Shown in pieces: positions 16,700 to 29,700 of a DNA stretch of 64,000 bases. The stretch's first letter is position 1. The number at the start of each line of letters is the position of its first letter. Under the pieces are notes generated by a model. It made no database searches and was not told where the DNA came from. It saw only the letters and a program-made list of their open reading frames with translations. Source of the stretch: Lytechinus pictus (Eukaryota); the NCBI RefSeq assembly GCF_037042905.1, contig NC_087250.1, positions 13,952,001 through 14,016,000 of the forward strand. The letters are read 5' to 3'. The translations under genes and the position numbers were made by a program.

Positions 16700-17644
16700 A
16701 CTGACTGAGCCAAAGAGATATCAGCCTTTGTTACACCTGGAGGCTTATTTCAATGCAAAGTCATGCCTTTTGGAATGAAAAATGCACCAGCAACCTTCCA
16801 AAGAGTAACAAATCAAGTGATTGTGGGACTTGACAATTGTGTCGTATACATAGACGACATCCTAGTGTACAGTGATACTTGGAATGATCATCTGGATCAT
16901 TTGAGAGCACTGTTTGACAGGCTGGATAAAGCCAATCTAGAAGGGAATCTGATGAAGAGTGAATTTGCCAAGGCAAAGGTCACATATCTTGGTCATGTGG
17001 TTGGTCAAGGGCAAGTGCTACCAAGAGAAGCCAAGATACAAGCTATCTTACACTTCCCAATTCCCACAACTAAGAAAGAATTGCTCAGATTCTTAGGTAT
17101 GAGTGGCTTCTACAAGAAATTCGTTCCAAATTACAGTACAGTGGTTAGCCCACTGACAAACCTGCTGAAGGCAAAAGTGAAGTATGTTTGGTCTGACGAA
17201 TGTCAGAGATCATTTGAGAAATTAAAGGCCATTTTGGTGAATGAGCCTGTTTTGGCAGCTCCAAACTTCACAAAGCCGTTCAAAGTAGCTATTGATGCTT
17301 GTGATGTTGGAGTAGGAGCAGCATTGCTCCAAGAAGATGAAGAAGGCATCGAAAAACCAGTGTGCTACTTCTCTACGAAACTAAATCAGCTTCAGAAGAA
17401 GTACTCAACTATTAAAAAAGAGGCCCTGAGTCTCGTACTAACCCTTCAGCAGTTTGAGGTGTATCTAACCAATGGAGAGATTACAGTCTATACAGACCAC
17501 AATCCTCTTGTGTTTTTGGAGAAATTCAGAACAAAGAACCAAAGACTGTACAGATGGAGCCTAATGCTCCAACCATTCCCTTTGAAAATTGTACACATAA
17601 AGGGAAATAATAATGTAATTGCTGATGCTCTTTCAAGAGTATAA
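16700..17644 (+). pseudogene. Partial pol (RT C-terminal half + RNase H), copy 1
   Basis: MPFGMKNAPATFQR, YIDD, DAC/EALS/YTDH/ADALSR motifs; 5' truncated and fused to a partial LTR. Confidence 0.9.
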
Positions 17645-18335
17645 AAAGTGAAATTATCTATGCTTTTGACCAAGTGTGTCATTTGAAGAAAATGTCTTTG
17701 ATGTCCATTTAAACATGTTTGTTAGTATTATATCTTTGTACACGATAATATAAATGATTTATCAAGATGATTTTGGAAAGTTAAAGGAAAAAATGACTCT
17801 TAAAGAAACCTTTACTACGGTAAAGCTTTCTTTTCCCCGGTGGGGGAGGTGTTATATATAAGAATTGTAAGAGCAATTACATTCATTTATTCAGTTATTT
17901 CCTCTTTAAGGATATCCATAGCCAAGAATGATAAAGAACATTCGAGAACGTGTTTGTAAAAGCTTTTGTTCTGCAGGCCTCTTGCCTATTTAAAGGCCAA
18001 GGAGTTTTATTTTTGAATAGGGAAAAGCAAACAATAGGATTCCAGTGGTAGTGGAAATGAACAATATGATTAGCTACATTGATTTCACTGAGGTCATTCA
18101 AGAATGTTTTAGAAATGTAGAATGCTCCAGAAAGGAGAATGTTCTAAATAATAGTGAATACTAGAAGTCTCTAGAATAGTTGAAATGTGTATAATATAAA
18201 CTGCAGTTTCTTCAAGGACTTCATCACATCAGATCAGAACTCAGAGTTTCACGCCAGACTTTATGTCAGAGCAGAGTTCATTTCCATCTCGAATATTTAT
18301 CTTCTGTGGAATTATTTGCCCGCCATCGATGAACT

Positions 18336-19289
18336 GTTCCACTGACTGACCGAGCCAAAGAGATATCAGCCTTTGTTACACCTGGAGGCTTATTTCAATG
18401 CAAAGTCATGCCTTTTGGAATGAAAAATGCACCAGCAACCTTCCAAAGAGTAACAAATCAAGTGATTGCGGGACTTGACAATTGTGTCGTATACATAGAC
18501 GACATCCTAGTGTACAGTGATACTTGGAATGATCATCTGGATCATTTGAGAGCACTGTTTGACAGGCTGGATAAAGCCAATCTAGAAGGGAATCTGATGA
18601 AGAGTGAATTTGCCAAGGCAAAGGTCACATATCTTGGTCATGTGGTTGGTCAAGGGCAAGTGCTACCAAGAGAAGCCAAGATACAAGCTATCTTACACTT
18701 CCCAATTCCCACAACTAAGAAAGAATTGCTCAGATTCTTAGGTATGAGTGGCTTCTACAAGAAATTTGTTCCAAATTACAGTACAGTGGTTAGCCCACTG
18801 ACAAACCTGCTGAAGGCAAAAGTGAAGTATGTTTGGTCTGACGAATGTCAGAGATCATTTGAGAAATTAAAGGCCATTTTGGTGAATGAGCCTGTTTTGG
18901 CAGCTCCAAACTTCACAAAGCCGTTCAAAGTAGCTATTGATGCTTGTGATGTTGGAGTAGGAGCAGTATTGCTCCAAGAAGATGAAGAAGGCATCGAAAA
19001 ACCAGTGTGCTACTTCTCTACGAAACTCAATCGGCTTCAGAAGAAGTGCTCAACTATTGAAAAAGAGGCCCTGAGTCTCGTACTAGCCCTTCAGCAGTTT
19101 AAGGTGTATCTAACCAATGGAGAGATTACAGTCTATACAGACCACAATCCTCTTGTGTTTTTGAAGAAATTCAAAACAAAGAACCAAAGACTGTACAGAT
19201 GGAGCCTAATGCTCCAACCATTCCCTTTGAAAATTGTACACATAAAGGGAAAGAATAATGTAATTGCTGATGCTCTTTCAAGAGTATAA
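18336..19289 (+). pseudogene. Partial pol (RT C-terminal half + RNase H), copy 2
   Basis: Duplicate of copy 1 at offset 1645; starts VPLTDRAKEISAFVTP. Confidence 0.9.
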
Positions 19290-20515
19290 AAAGTGAAATT
19301 ATCTATGCTTTTGACCAAGTGTGTCATTTGAAGAAAATGTCTTTGATGTCCATTTAAACATGTTTGTTAGTATTATATCTTTGTACACGATAATATAAAT
19401 GATTTATCAAGATGATTTTGGAAAGTTAAAGGAAAAAATGTAATCTTAAAGAAACCTTTACTACGGTAAAGCTTTCTTTTCCCCGGTGGGGGAGGTGTTA
19501 TATATAAGAATTGTAAGAGCAATTACATTTATTTATTTAGTTATTTCCTCTTTAAGGATATCCTTAGCCAAGAATGATAAAGAACTAACGTGTTTGTAAA
19601 AGCTTTTGTTCTGCAGGCCTCTTTAAAGGCCAAGGAGTTTTATTTTTGAATAGGGAAAAGCAAACAATAGGATTCCAGTGGTAGTGGAAATGAACAATAG
19701 GATTAGCTATGTTGTTGATTTCACTGAGGTCATTCAAGAATGTTTTAGAAATGTAGAATGCTCCAGAAAGGAGAATGTTCTAAATAATAGTGAATACTAG
19801 AAGTCTCTAGAATAGTTGAAATGTGTATAATATAAACTGCAGTTTCTTCAAGGACTTCATCACATCAGATCAGAACTCAGAGTTTCACGCCAGACTTTAT
19901 GTCAGAGCAGAGTTTATTTCCACCTGGAATATTTATCTTCTGTGGAATTATTTGCCTGCCATCAATGAACTGTTTGCAGTTATTTTGAGAGGAATTCTCA
20001 GTTCTCATCGAGATCATCAACATCATCAACCTGTTCAATGAACTTTTTTCAACCCATGGATTGCTGAAATTGACTGTTAATCATCAACACGTCTTTGCGG
20101 ACATTTCAACTCGTTACAGTTTCTCTCTTTATTCATCGTGCTTCAACATCCGTTTCATCGTCGCCATCATTGTGAACTTTCATTTATCCAACCAACTTGG
20201 ATTATTACTTGGATACAGTATCATCACTTCGGAATTTTACCTCTACCACTTCAAGAAATGTACATGTAAGACCAATATATATATATTTATTTATGTTTTA
20301 TTAGTTTTTGAGTGTTATATTTCCTGTAATAAAAACAAAGAGGAAATCAAATCTAAATTTTAAATTATTTACTTGTTATTTGTTGCAGTATCGTAACAGA
20401 CCATGTAAAACGAAACCACACAAGAAGTAAACAGGAAGAATTAAAATGTTTTGATTACAAATATGGAATTTCAAATATAGCATGCTATGTAATTCATTAT
20501 TTGACAGGTACTTAC

Positions 20516-20595
20516 ATGATTTGGACTGTCTTCGTGTAACTTGTTCTCGTTTATATGATCTGGCTTTTCGTACTCGACAGGTACTTGGAAGGGTT
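20516..20595 (-). CDS. Gene A coding exon 3
   Basis: aattcAG|AACCC ... AATCAT|GTaagt; 80 nt, phase 1 to 0; EPFQVPVEYEKPDHINENKLHEDSPNH; conserved in gene B. Confidence 0.8.
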
Positions 20596-20809
20596 CTGAA
20601 TTTTGATTAAAATATTTGAAAAGAAAAAGGATATCAACATTTTGTCCTCAATTCACTGTATAACTTATGAAATGCCTATGATTTTAAAAGTTGTGCGGGA
20701 CTTGAAAGAAAAGTGAAAAAAAAAAGAAAAGTGGATCACTTTTTGGTTGCAAGGAGCAAGGAACAATGAGTGGGGCCATAATACATGTACCTTCGAGTGC
20801 CAGACGTAC

Positions 20810-20872
20810 CTAGCATCATTTCCTCATCCTCGCTGTCATTCTCCTCTTTGATCTCTATTTTTATTTCTTGCT
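20810..20872 (-). pseudogene. Partial duplicate of coding exon 2 (lacks its 5' part and acceptor)
   Basis: Encodes QEIKIEIKEENDSEDEEMML with donor GTacgt; homologous to 21323-21385 and 53382-53444. Confidence 0.75.
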
Positions 20873-21322
20873 CTTATTATTCATCTGTATCACATTCATA
20901 ATCTGCAATTCACAATCTGATCATGTAGAATGCCTTTCTGATATCTTCTCCATAAAACTGTCTTGTATCTAACTATTGAGAAGTAAATGAACACCTGAAC
21001 ACCTTTAGGCCTTCCCTCAAGGCTACAAACATTGAAAACTAAATGGCTTTCCTCCCTTAAGTCACCAGTTGATTCACTGCCGTGTATTTCGTCAGCACTG
21101 GTGACTTCTTTCCACTCCCATTACCTTGGAAATGTTCTGGTGTTTAGTATATATACATGTGAAAAAAAAAGGACGTCAACAGTTTATTCTCATGGACACA
21201 AATTCATTGCACTTCTCAAAAGCAAATGATATTAAAAAGTTGTGCAGGACTTGAAAGGAAAAATATGAGCGTGCCACAATACCCTCCAGTGCTTCCAAAA
21301 GAAAGCTTATTCCCAAACGTAC

Positions 21323-21421
21323 CTAACATCATTTCCTCATCCTCACTATCATTTTCCTCTTTGATCTCTATTTTTATTTCTAGCTGACGTTGCATAAACA
21401 TAGGTGGATTGACCTGTAATC
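21323..21421 (-). CDS. Gene A coding exon 2: C-terminal part of the ancestral KRAB plus acidic/SUMO-consensus segment
   Basis: tttcaaacAG|GATTA ... TTAG|GTacgt; 99 nt, phase 1 to 1; GLQVNPPMFMQRQLEIKIEIKEENDSEDEEMML. Confidence 0.85.
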
Positions 21422-22024
21422 CTGTTTGAAAAAAAAAACACACCATGGGTTAATAATACATCTAAAAAGTTTTTAAACAGAAACATGACATCATGGTAAA
21501 TTATGTGTCTCTGCAAGTATCCTGCTCTTGGCTAACCTTTCAGCTCTTATTATTCATCTGTATCACATTCATAATCTGCAATTCACAGTCTGATCATGTA
21601 GAATGCCTTTCTGATATCTTCTTCATAAAATTGTCTTGTATTGAACTATTGAGAATATATGGTTTTCTCTTGTAACACCTTTACCCTCAGGGCCGCAAAC
21701 ATTGAAAACTGAATTCTGTAGGTCCCCACAAAAGAAAAATAGCAATCTAAACTTAATCATTTTTTGAAAGACGACATTTCATTATTTTGTGTATGGACCC
21801 TGTCCTGACTGTAAGCCTACATTTATAAGCAAACAATTCTGAAATCATCATACCATTTTGTAAAAACTTACAATCTCCTCTGATATTTCTTTTAAATTTC
21901 CATTTGGGTTGTATACCCATTTCACGATAATTAATCCTAAAACATAAAAAGTAATAATTCTATTATTGCAAGAATGAAAATAGGACCCCAAAATTTTATA
22001 ACATTGATATTATTGAATAATGAA

Positions 22025-22390
22025 CAGGTTGCTACATAACTTTTTGAAGCACTTGCGCAGTCGGGCAAGTAAATGTTTGAATAGTTGGAAGAATATACTT
22101 GCCCAAAAAATCTATATCACTTGCCTGAAAAAATCATTACAAAAAGTTTTACCTCTTCAAAAGAAAGTTTTGTGGTTTTATAAACCATTGACCTTTTTCT
22201 CTCTTTTGACATGAACTGATCTACTTTATTATTGCATTTCTTCTTTTTCCAAAGTGATTTTATTAGGGTCAATATAATATCAACCCTAATTTTGTGAGAA
22301 TTTTGCTTGCCCATTTAGGGCAAATAGTTTTAGTCTTTAATTCAAAACACTTGCCCCGGGCAATCAGGCAAGTGCTTATGTAGCACCCTG
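22025..22390. mobile_element. hAT-like MITE
   Basis: TIRs caggttgctacata / tatgtagcaccctg, atgaa on both flanks, subterminal cttgcc repeats. Confidence 0.7.
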
Positions 22391-22411
22391 ATGAACGTCG
22401 ACTATACCTAC

Positions 22412-22556
22412 CAACTTTGTTCATCATCTCATAGTTTTCTTTGACGTTCTTGATACAAATTCTTTCATAACTGCTGAACTGTGCCCATTCCGTGGCTGTG
22501 AAGTAAACCTGGACGTCTAAAAGATACTGATCCATCTCTGACTCTGGCAAAGACAT
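22412..22556 (-). CDS. Gene A first coding exon: ancestral (PRDM9/SSX-type) KRAB-A domain
   Basis: MSLPESEMDQYLLDVQVYFTATEWAQFSSYERICIKNVKENYEMMNKV|G; donor GTTG|GTaggt, phase 1; candidate acceptor ttttcttccAG ahead of 22644. Confidence 0.85.
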
Positions 22557-22899
22557 GATGTGATGTAATAATGATGATGCGATGGTGGCTTGCTTGCAAA
22601 CTGAAGGCACAAATATTTTCCCGTTCCAAGAGGCAAGATTGCGACTGGAAGAAAAATACAAAGTTTTTGTTTAAAGATTACATTTGATCTGCAGCTAAGG
22701 CTTCATGGACTGGTCTCACAGTCACTGTCTATCTCAGTATAACTCAATAAATAGACTGAGATTTACTTTTTTTAGATTGTTATTCAGACCTGATGTTGCA
22801 ATCATAAAATGATGAAAAGTGGCCCATCACTGCCACAAACAACCATAATTAAATTAATAACTACAAGGTCTTACATCAAGCTAGTTAAATATGAATTAA

Positions 22900-23255
22900 C
22901 AATATTCTTAAATCTGTCCATGTTGGGAGCTAAAGGGAATGTGTTGGAGGGGAGTGAATTCCAAAGCCGAGACATCCTTCGACTATATGAAGATTGATGA
23001 AGAAAAGTATTTGACTCTGGGACAGTGACTCTGTAGGTATCAAACGGACATTGGGGGCCAAGGGGGGAAGAATTCTAGACAACTCAAGGGATGGTTTCAG
23101 GAAGAAGTGACAGTAGAAGGTACAGAGAGAAACAACATTTATCCGGTGCTTGAGAGGATAAAGCCCAACTTCGGAAGGGTCTTCAATTCTCAGGAAGCGG
23201 AGTGCTTTCCGCTGTAACCTATCAAGAAGTGTGAGTACACTGGTACCAGCTCCAG
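22900..23255 (-). mobile_element. 3' fragment of a non-LTR retrotransposon ORF2
   Basis: LLDRLQRKALRFL...LYPLKHRINVVSLCTFY resembles the LINE post-RT C-terminal region. Confidence 0.6.
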
Positions 23256-23579
23256 CCCGGTCAGCCCTTCCACAACTTAAAACTGAAATCATTTTTTGAG
23301 CTTTGAAAATTCCTTAGATTTGGTTAAAATTCCTTAAATTTATGTTTTGAGTCAAAGTGACAGCTTTATGAGCCAAAACTTTACAAAAGGGACCCAGATA
23401 AGTCGTATGGGGCAGACATTTTAAAAGACCTTTTTACTGTAGAAATATAAAATATAAATTATATATATGTATATATATACATATATATATATACACGTAT
23501 ATATACACACATATATATTCATATTTATTGTCATAAATTTTAACACATTATTCAGAAAATGTTTCCCCCTTCTCCATTC

Positions 23580-26500
23580 CAGGGTTGGGTTCAATTACAT
23601 AAAATTACTTTTTTGCAAGTAATTTTAAATTTGTAATTGAAATTTTCAAAGGGAAAGTAATTATAATTAACTTCAATTACTGTCAATACATTCAATTACA
23701 TTACTTTACTACTTAATTTATTGATTAATTTACTCTGGATTGCATATTTTTCTTTTCCCGTAGCTATAGGTGCATATCTCTTGCATGCAACTGTATTCTT
23801 TCCCATGATGTGGAGGAAACAGGAAACAATATTGCGATAAAGAAGTGCACAAATTGACCATTTGAAATATTTGTGAAAATTTGCATAGGTCATAGGTTCC
23901 AACAAGAAATCAAACTATGTAAATTTTCATACTAGCAAAGTTGCAATTCTTATAAACTCATACAGTGGCCTCATTTTTTTATGTAAGAATAAACGTAAGA
24001 TCTTTAGACTACATGTAAGTTGGAAACACCCCCTCAAAAATTCGGGGAGAATGTGGATGAAAATATTTTGTCCTGCCCCCCCCCCCCCTATAGGCGAAAG
24101 CTTGAACTGCCCTTGATGAATGAGGTCGCGACTCATAAGTAAAGTTTACATGATGTACATCATGATCTTTATAAATGAAGAAAGCATGCGGATCAACATA
24201 TTGTTGAGAATGTCAATTGACTTTAGCATTAAACGGAGCGATAGGCAGGATCAATGCTGTCTAAACTAATTAACTTCATCTTGTCAGTTTATCTCTAACT
24301 TTTAATAGAATTATGTTGAAATGGGTGGCACTACACACAAAATATTTCATTTATGACTATATAATAATAATAATAATAATAATAATAGATGCTTATATAG
24401 CGCATAATATTCTACAGAATCTCTATGCGCTTTACAAAAGAGGTAATTAAGTCTAATACAGGTATACTTAGAATAAAATACTAAATGAAAGATTAACAAA
24501 ACATTGTAACATACCGCTCCTAAACAAAATTATCTAACATGAGAACAAGTACGTTTTTAAAAAATTTAGAAAGGTGGAAGTACATGTGATGGCCCTCAGA
24601 TTATTAGGCAGTTTATTCCACAGTACAGGTGCCGCTGACTGAAAGGCACGATCCCCAAACGAACATGTTTTAGACGTTGGTACAGTTAAAAAATTATGGC
24701 GAGAAGAGCGGAGATTTCTTTGTGGGACATATTCAGTAATCAGATTATACAGGTACAATGGGGACTTACTAACTAATGTTTTATGACATATTGCTATTAT
24801 CTTGAAAACAATTCTCTTCTGTACAGGCAACCAATGCAAGTGCGACAACAAGGGCGTAATGGGATCTTTACCTTTAGCACGCATGATAAGTCTGGCTGCG
24901 CTGTTTTGCACTATTTGTATCTTTCTTAAATCCTTTTCAGGCAGGCCATATAAAAGTGAATTGCAAAAGTCAATTCTGGAAGAAACAAAAGCGTGAATTA
25001 ACATTTCAGTGGTCTTTTTACACTTGAAGTAATTCCGAATTTTTGCAATTCTTCTCAATGAACACATTGCAATTTGAGTCATAATCCTAACAGGTTCTTT
25101 TAATTGAAGGTGTTGATCCATGTGAACGCCAAGGTTGCGTGCTTTGGTTGTCTCATGTACATCCACCCCATCTATTTCAATACAAGCAGGTGTTAAAGCA
25201 GGATTCAACTGAGATGAAAAATGAATCACTTCAGTCTTCTGTGGGTTGATTTTCAAACTATTTCTTCAGCGAGACAAACATTAATCCTGCTTGTAGCATT
25301 CTGCAGATCATGTGGTTTGAATGCTAAATACATTTGAGTGTCGTCAGCATATAGCATTGTTTCCAGGCCATGGGACTTGATAATTGCTGATATTGGAGAG
25401 CTGTATAGCGTGTAGAACAATGGACCAATTATCGATCCCTGAGGCACCCCGCATAAGTCAGTGATTGGTTTGGAAACAGCTTCCTTCACCTTCACAACAT
25501 GTGTACGTTGTGAGAGGTAGGATGATATCCACTTCCGTACAGACCCATCGATACCATACAAATGTTTCAAGCGATTTATCAAAATGTCATGGTTAATCAG
25601 ATCAAATGCAGCACTAAAATCTAAGAGGACCTGCAGAACTTCATTTCTATCATCGAGAAAGACCAATATGTCATTCTGTACCCCGAGCAGAGCAGTTTCA
25701 ACACTGTTGTGTGGCTTATAAGCTGCCTGAAAGTGGTTGTGCAGATCGTTTTCGAACAGGTATTCCTGGAGTTGTTTGACAACAGCTTTCTCAATTAATT
25801 TTCCCATGAAGCAAAGATTAGAAATTGGACGATAGTTAGACAGATCATCGGCCGAAACATTGGATTTCTTGATGAGTGGTGTCACGACTGCTCTTTTTAA
25901 CTAAGAAGGAAAGACTCCGGTTTCAAGACTAGTGTTAATAATCTTCTTCATCAATGGTAGTAATACTAGGGCACACTTCTTGGTAATAGTAGTAGGCATG
26001 GGATCTAGAGGGGAGGTTGCAGATGATGACGACTTAATCAGTTTCAGAACATCAGCTTCATTGAGTTTCTAATTTAGACAGTGAAGAATGGCATGTTTCA
26101 TTGTGCTCAATAGAGCCATGATCACCTGACTGTGCCTTATCCACTTCAAGCAACAGATTAGAGATCTTCTGATGGAAATAGTCAGCAAATTCATTTGCTA
26201 ATGATTCTGCACAAGTATGGGGTGGCAGAACGTTTGGTTTTACGGTAGCTAGCTTCTCCACAGTCTGAAATAATTTACGTGAATCGCAAGAGTCTATCTT
26301 ATCATGGAAGTATGATGATTTCACGACTGCTAATTTATCGTAGTAACGTTTACTCCCAGTCCTGTAAATCTGTCGATCAATCTCAGTTTTAGACTTCAGC
26401 ATTCGCCGCTCACAGTGACGTCGCTCCTGCTTTGCAACCCGAAGAGAATCATTGTAGTAGGGAGCGTTTGGGCGAAGAATGACATGTCTATCTTTCACTG

Positions 26501-27224
26501 GTGCATGTTGATTCAATACATCCTCCAGAGACATGTTATACAGGTCAACTAACAAATCGATACCATCTGGATCGTTCCCCTCAAGCCTCTTTGACAGATC
26601 CCGCTGGAGTAGATTGAAGTTGATATTTTTCATGTTGCGTGAGAGAAGATGTTCCTAACCTCTTGAGGCCGACCTAGGCGAAGATTACATGTAACCGCTG
26701 CATGATCTGAAGGCAGATGACTGTGTTTCTCTAGACCTGAGATGATATGATCACCTGCATCAGATATAACAAGGTCTAATGTATGGCCGGACAAATGGGT
26801 TGGGAAAGACACATGGTTCTGGAGGTTGAAAATGCCTAAGACATCTTTAAACGCCAAACTTCCATATGGAAATTCAAGTCTCCTACCAAAAGTATCTTTT
26901 GTGAAGTTACTTGTAGACTTTCAAGTAAGGAAGTAAACTCATCTAGGAAAACGGCTGGTCTGCTTCCCGTCCTCTTCCGGCTGTATGGAGGGCGGTATAT
27001 GACCAGTAGGCGAATGACATGAGATGGCGAGTTAGGGGACATAATACAAATGTCCATGTATTTAAAGGAATTCAATTATTCATATAGAAAGTAATTGAAA
27101 TTGTAACTGACAAAAGTAATTGGTATAATGGAAATTGTAGTTGAAAAAATGTAATTTAGCTGAAAAGTAATAGAACATTTCTTCAATTATGTAATTGTAA
27201 AAAAAGTAATTAAGCCCAACCCTG
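23580..27224. mobile_element. hAT-like non-autonomous element hosting the L2 insertion
   Basis: TIRs cagggttgggttcaattac / gtaattaagcccaaccctg, with multiple subterminal aattac/gtaatt motifs. Confidence 0.65.
24360..27075 (-). mobile_element. 5'-truncated L2-clade LINE (endonuclease + RT, disrupted)
   Basis: IYRPP, VGDLNFH, THLSGHTLDLV (APE); YRPISNL, GVPQGS, YADD (RT); HAFVSSRIDFCNSLL and HWLPV; (TTA)n tail; several frameshifts and stops. Confidence 0.92.
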
Positions 27225-27299
27225 CCCCTATCAGTATTCCTTATCTTCCATATTCTTTTTTTTTTGGAGGGGGGTCCGGGTTCCACCCGCTAATCTGTA

Positions 27300-28206
27300 G
27301 GACCACTGGTCATAATACCCGCTAGTCATAATAGTTGTAAGGGCCGCTATTCATAAGGGTATAAGTTCATAGACGTCACTAGTCATAATCAACAATGAGG
27401 GTCGTCATTTATAATCAAAGATGAGGGTCACTAGTCATGATCAAGGAAGAGGGTCGCTAGTCATAAGGGGGAAAGGGGTTTGTTGATCATAAGGTTCGCC
27501 AGTCATAATAGTGGATGAGGCCATGGCGTAATTTTCTTCGGCAAGAAATTTATCCGCATTGTGCTGTCCTCGAACCAGGTGAGGTGAATGGGTACCCGGT
27601 AGGATTTATTCCTTGAACGCTTTAGCGCCTATTAATATGGCGGCTCAGCTACAGCCGGGGTAATAATAAGATACCAAGTAACCAAGTGCAGTTGAGTATA
27701 AGGCACATAGTAACTGCGCTATATAAATGGACGTATCATTATTACTATGAGGGTCGCCAGTCATAATAGTAAAAGAGGTTCGCCAGACATAATAGTAGAA
27801 GAGGGTCGCCATTCATAATAGTAAGAGGTTTGCCAGTCATATAGATGAGGGTCGCCAGTCATAATAGTAAAAGAGGTTCGCCAGTCATAATAGTAGATAA
27901 GGGTCGCCAGTCATGATAGTAAGATGTTCGCCAGTCATGATAGTAGATGAGGATCGGCAGTCATGATAGTATGATGTTCGCCAGTCATGATAGTAGATGA
28001 GGATCGGCAGTTTAGTAAAAAAGGTTCGCCAGTCATAATAGTAGATGAGGGTCGCCAGTTTAGTAAAAAGAGGTTCGCTAGTCATAATAGTAGATGAGGG
28101 TCGCCAGTCATTATAGTAGAGGAGGGTTGCCAGTCATAATAGTAGATGAGGGTCGCTAGTCATAATAAAGGGGTTTGCAAGTCATTTTGGTAGATGATGG
28201 TCGCTA
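27300..28206. repeat. Minisatellite (~24-27 bp unit, agggtcgccagtcataatagtagatg) interrupted by a SINE fragment (~27520-27745)
   Basis: About 17 clear units at 27750-28206, degenerate units to the left. Confidence 0.85.
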
Positions 28207-29016
28207 GCCCGAGGGGGGGGGGGTGGGGCACGCACATATATTAGTGTGGGACGTGCTGCTTTGATGACCCCCCTTTTCAGACCTAATTTTCAGTCCTCTA
28301 GATACTCCAATGTCAGAAGTGCTGTTCAGAAGCAGCCCCATCCCGCTCGCAAGACCGCAGTTACGAAACATCTCAGTTCCTTAGCCCTGCCAAAGTTTCT
28401 GCTTTCTGCTTAGAAAGGCAATTTAGATTTGATTGGACGCATTCCTCTTCCCCGAGACTCTGATGACCTCACATATCTGGGTGTTTAGTTTCATCAATCA
28501 TCCAATTCGATGACCATTCACTGATTTTGTCAAGGTCATCTTGGACAGTTGGAGCTGCTGTATTTACCACGTTACTAGTACTACAGAAGGAATAAATTCA
28601 TCCTCAGCTTCATCAATTATTATAACGTTAAAAACATGAGATCACTGCTGATAGATATCATTCATTGACATTGGCTTTTCGGCACTAATGCAGTTTCGCA
28701 CCGGCTGATTACCACTATACCTCACAACCAGTTATTGTACACAAATGTCACAGCATATCTCTCAGTCGCATTTCAAGTCAATATACCCAGAGATGCCAAC
28801 CTCCAAAAAGCAAAAACAGTATTCTTAGAGGAAAAAAACGGTATTTTGATTTAAAAAAAAGTATTTTGTAAAATATAACGAAGCGAAGCGGGGGCAATTT
28901 TCTGGAACCAGGGGCAATTTAAAAAAAGAATGTAACGGTGAACCACACTGTAAATTTGTTTATAGTAAGCACAGCTCCTGCAATTTTTTAATTAGTACAT
29001 GAATAGCATGCTAAGT

Positions 29017-29700
29017 AATGAATGAATGAATGAATGAATGAATCTTTATTTCGTTTCAATTCCGATATCAAACAACAATAATAACAACAGTAAATTATTG
29101 GGATACAACTAAATAGCAAAGAACAAAAGTAAATAATTACAGGATAATTACAGGATAATATACATAATACATGCACTACTTTTTATGAAACATTAGTAAC
29201 ACCCATGAGAAGAGATGGAAATGAAACGTGGTGACCTACTAAGAAGCTTAGCTTGTGGGCCATAGGCCACCAGAATGTTAAAAACTTACATTAGCAATCA
29301 TTTTAAAACATCATAGAACAAGCAAACAAAAAATTGGAGTAAATAACCAAAGTACAGATATACATATTTACAAAAGATACACTAAAAAGTAACAAAAAGG
29401 TGAAATGCAGAATGCAAGCATTCTATTAGACCTAAAGTATAAGAATCTGAAATTCGAAAAGAAGAAAGAAAAGAGGAAAAAATAAAGAAAATAGGCAGAG
29501 CTCTATTTTTGCATAGATAATTGTGGGAAGAATACAATTTATAAAGTTAGACGAGATATAACAAGCAGGCATTTGTTTACTGATCTAAGCATTTCTTCAG
29601 TAAATCGGTCTTTAACTTGTTTCTAAAAACACTAAGGCTAACTGATTAATAGGCTTATTCAAACATTTAAGAAATCAGATTTAAATGTTTAAGAGTGTTT
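29017..29700 (-). mobile_element. Probable LINE 3' end with (ATTC)n tail
   Basis: (gaat)n directly followed by ctttatt, i.e. AATAAA plus tail on the minus strand. Confidence 0.45.

Larger units (their letters stand above)
16205..20398 (+). mobile_element. Ty3/gypsy (Gmr1-like) LTR retrotransposon derivative with three LTR copies
   Basis: TGTTA...TAACA ends, GACC target-site duplication (16201-16204, 20399-20402), empty site at 52980-52983. LTRs start at 16205, 17850 and 19496, and the polypurine tract ggtgggggagg precedes LTR2 and LTR3. Confidence 0.93.
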
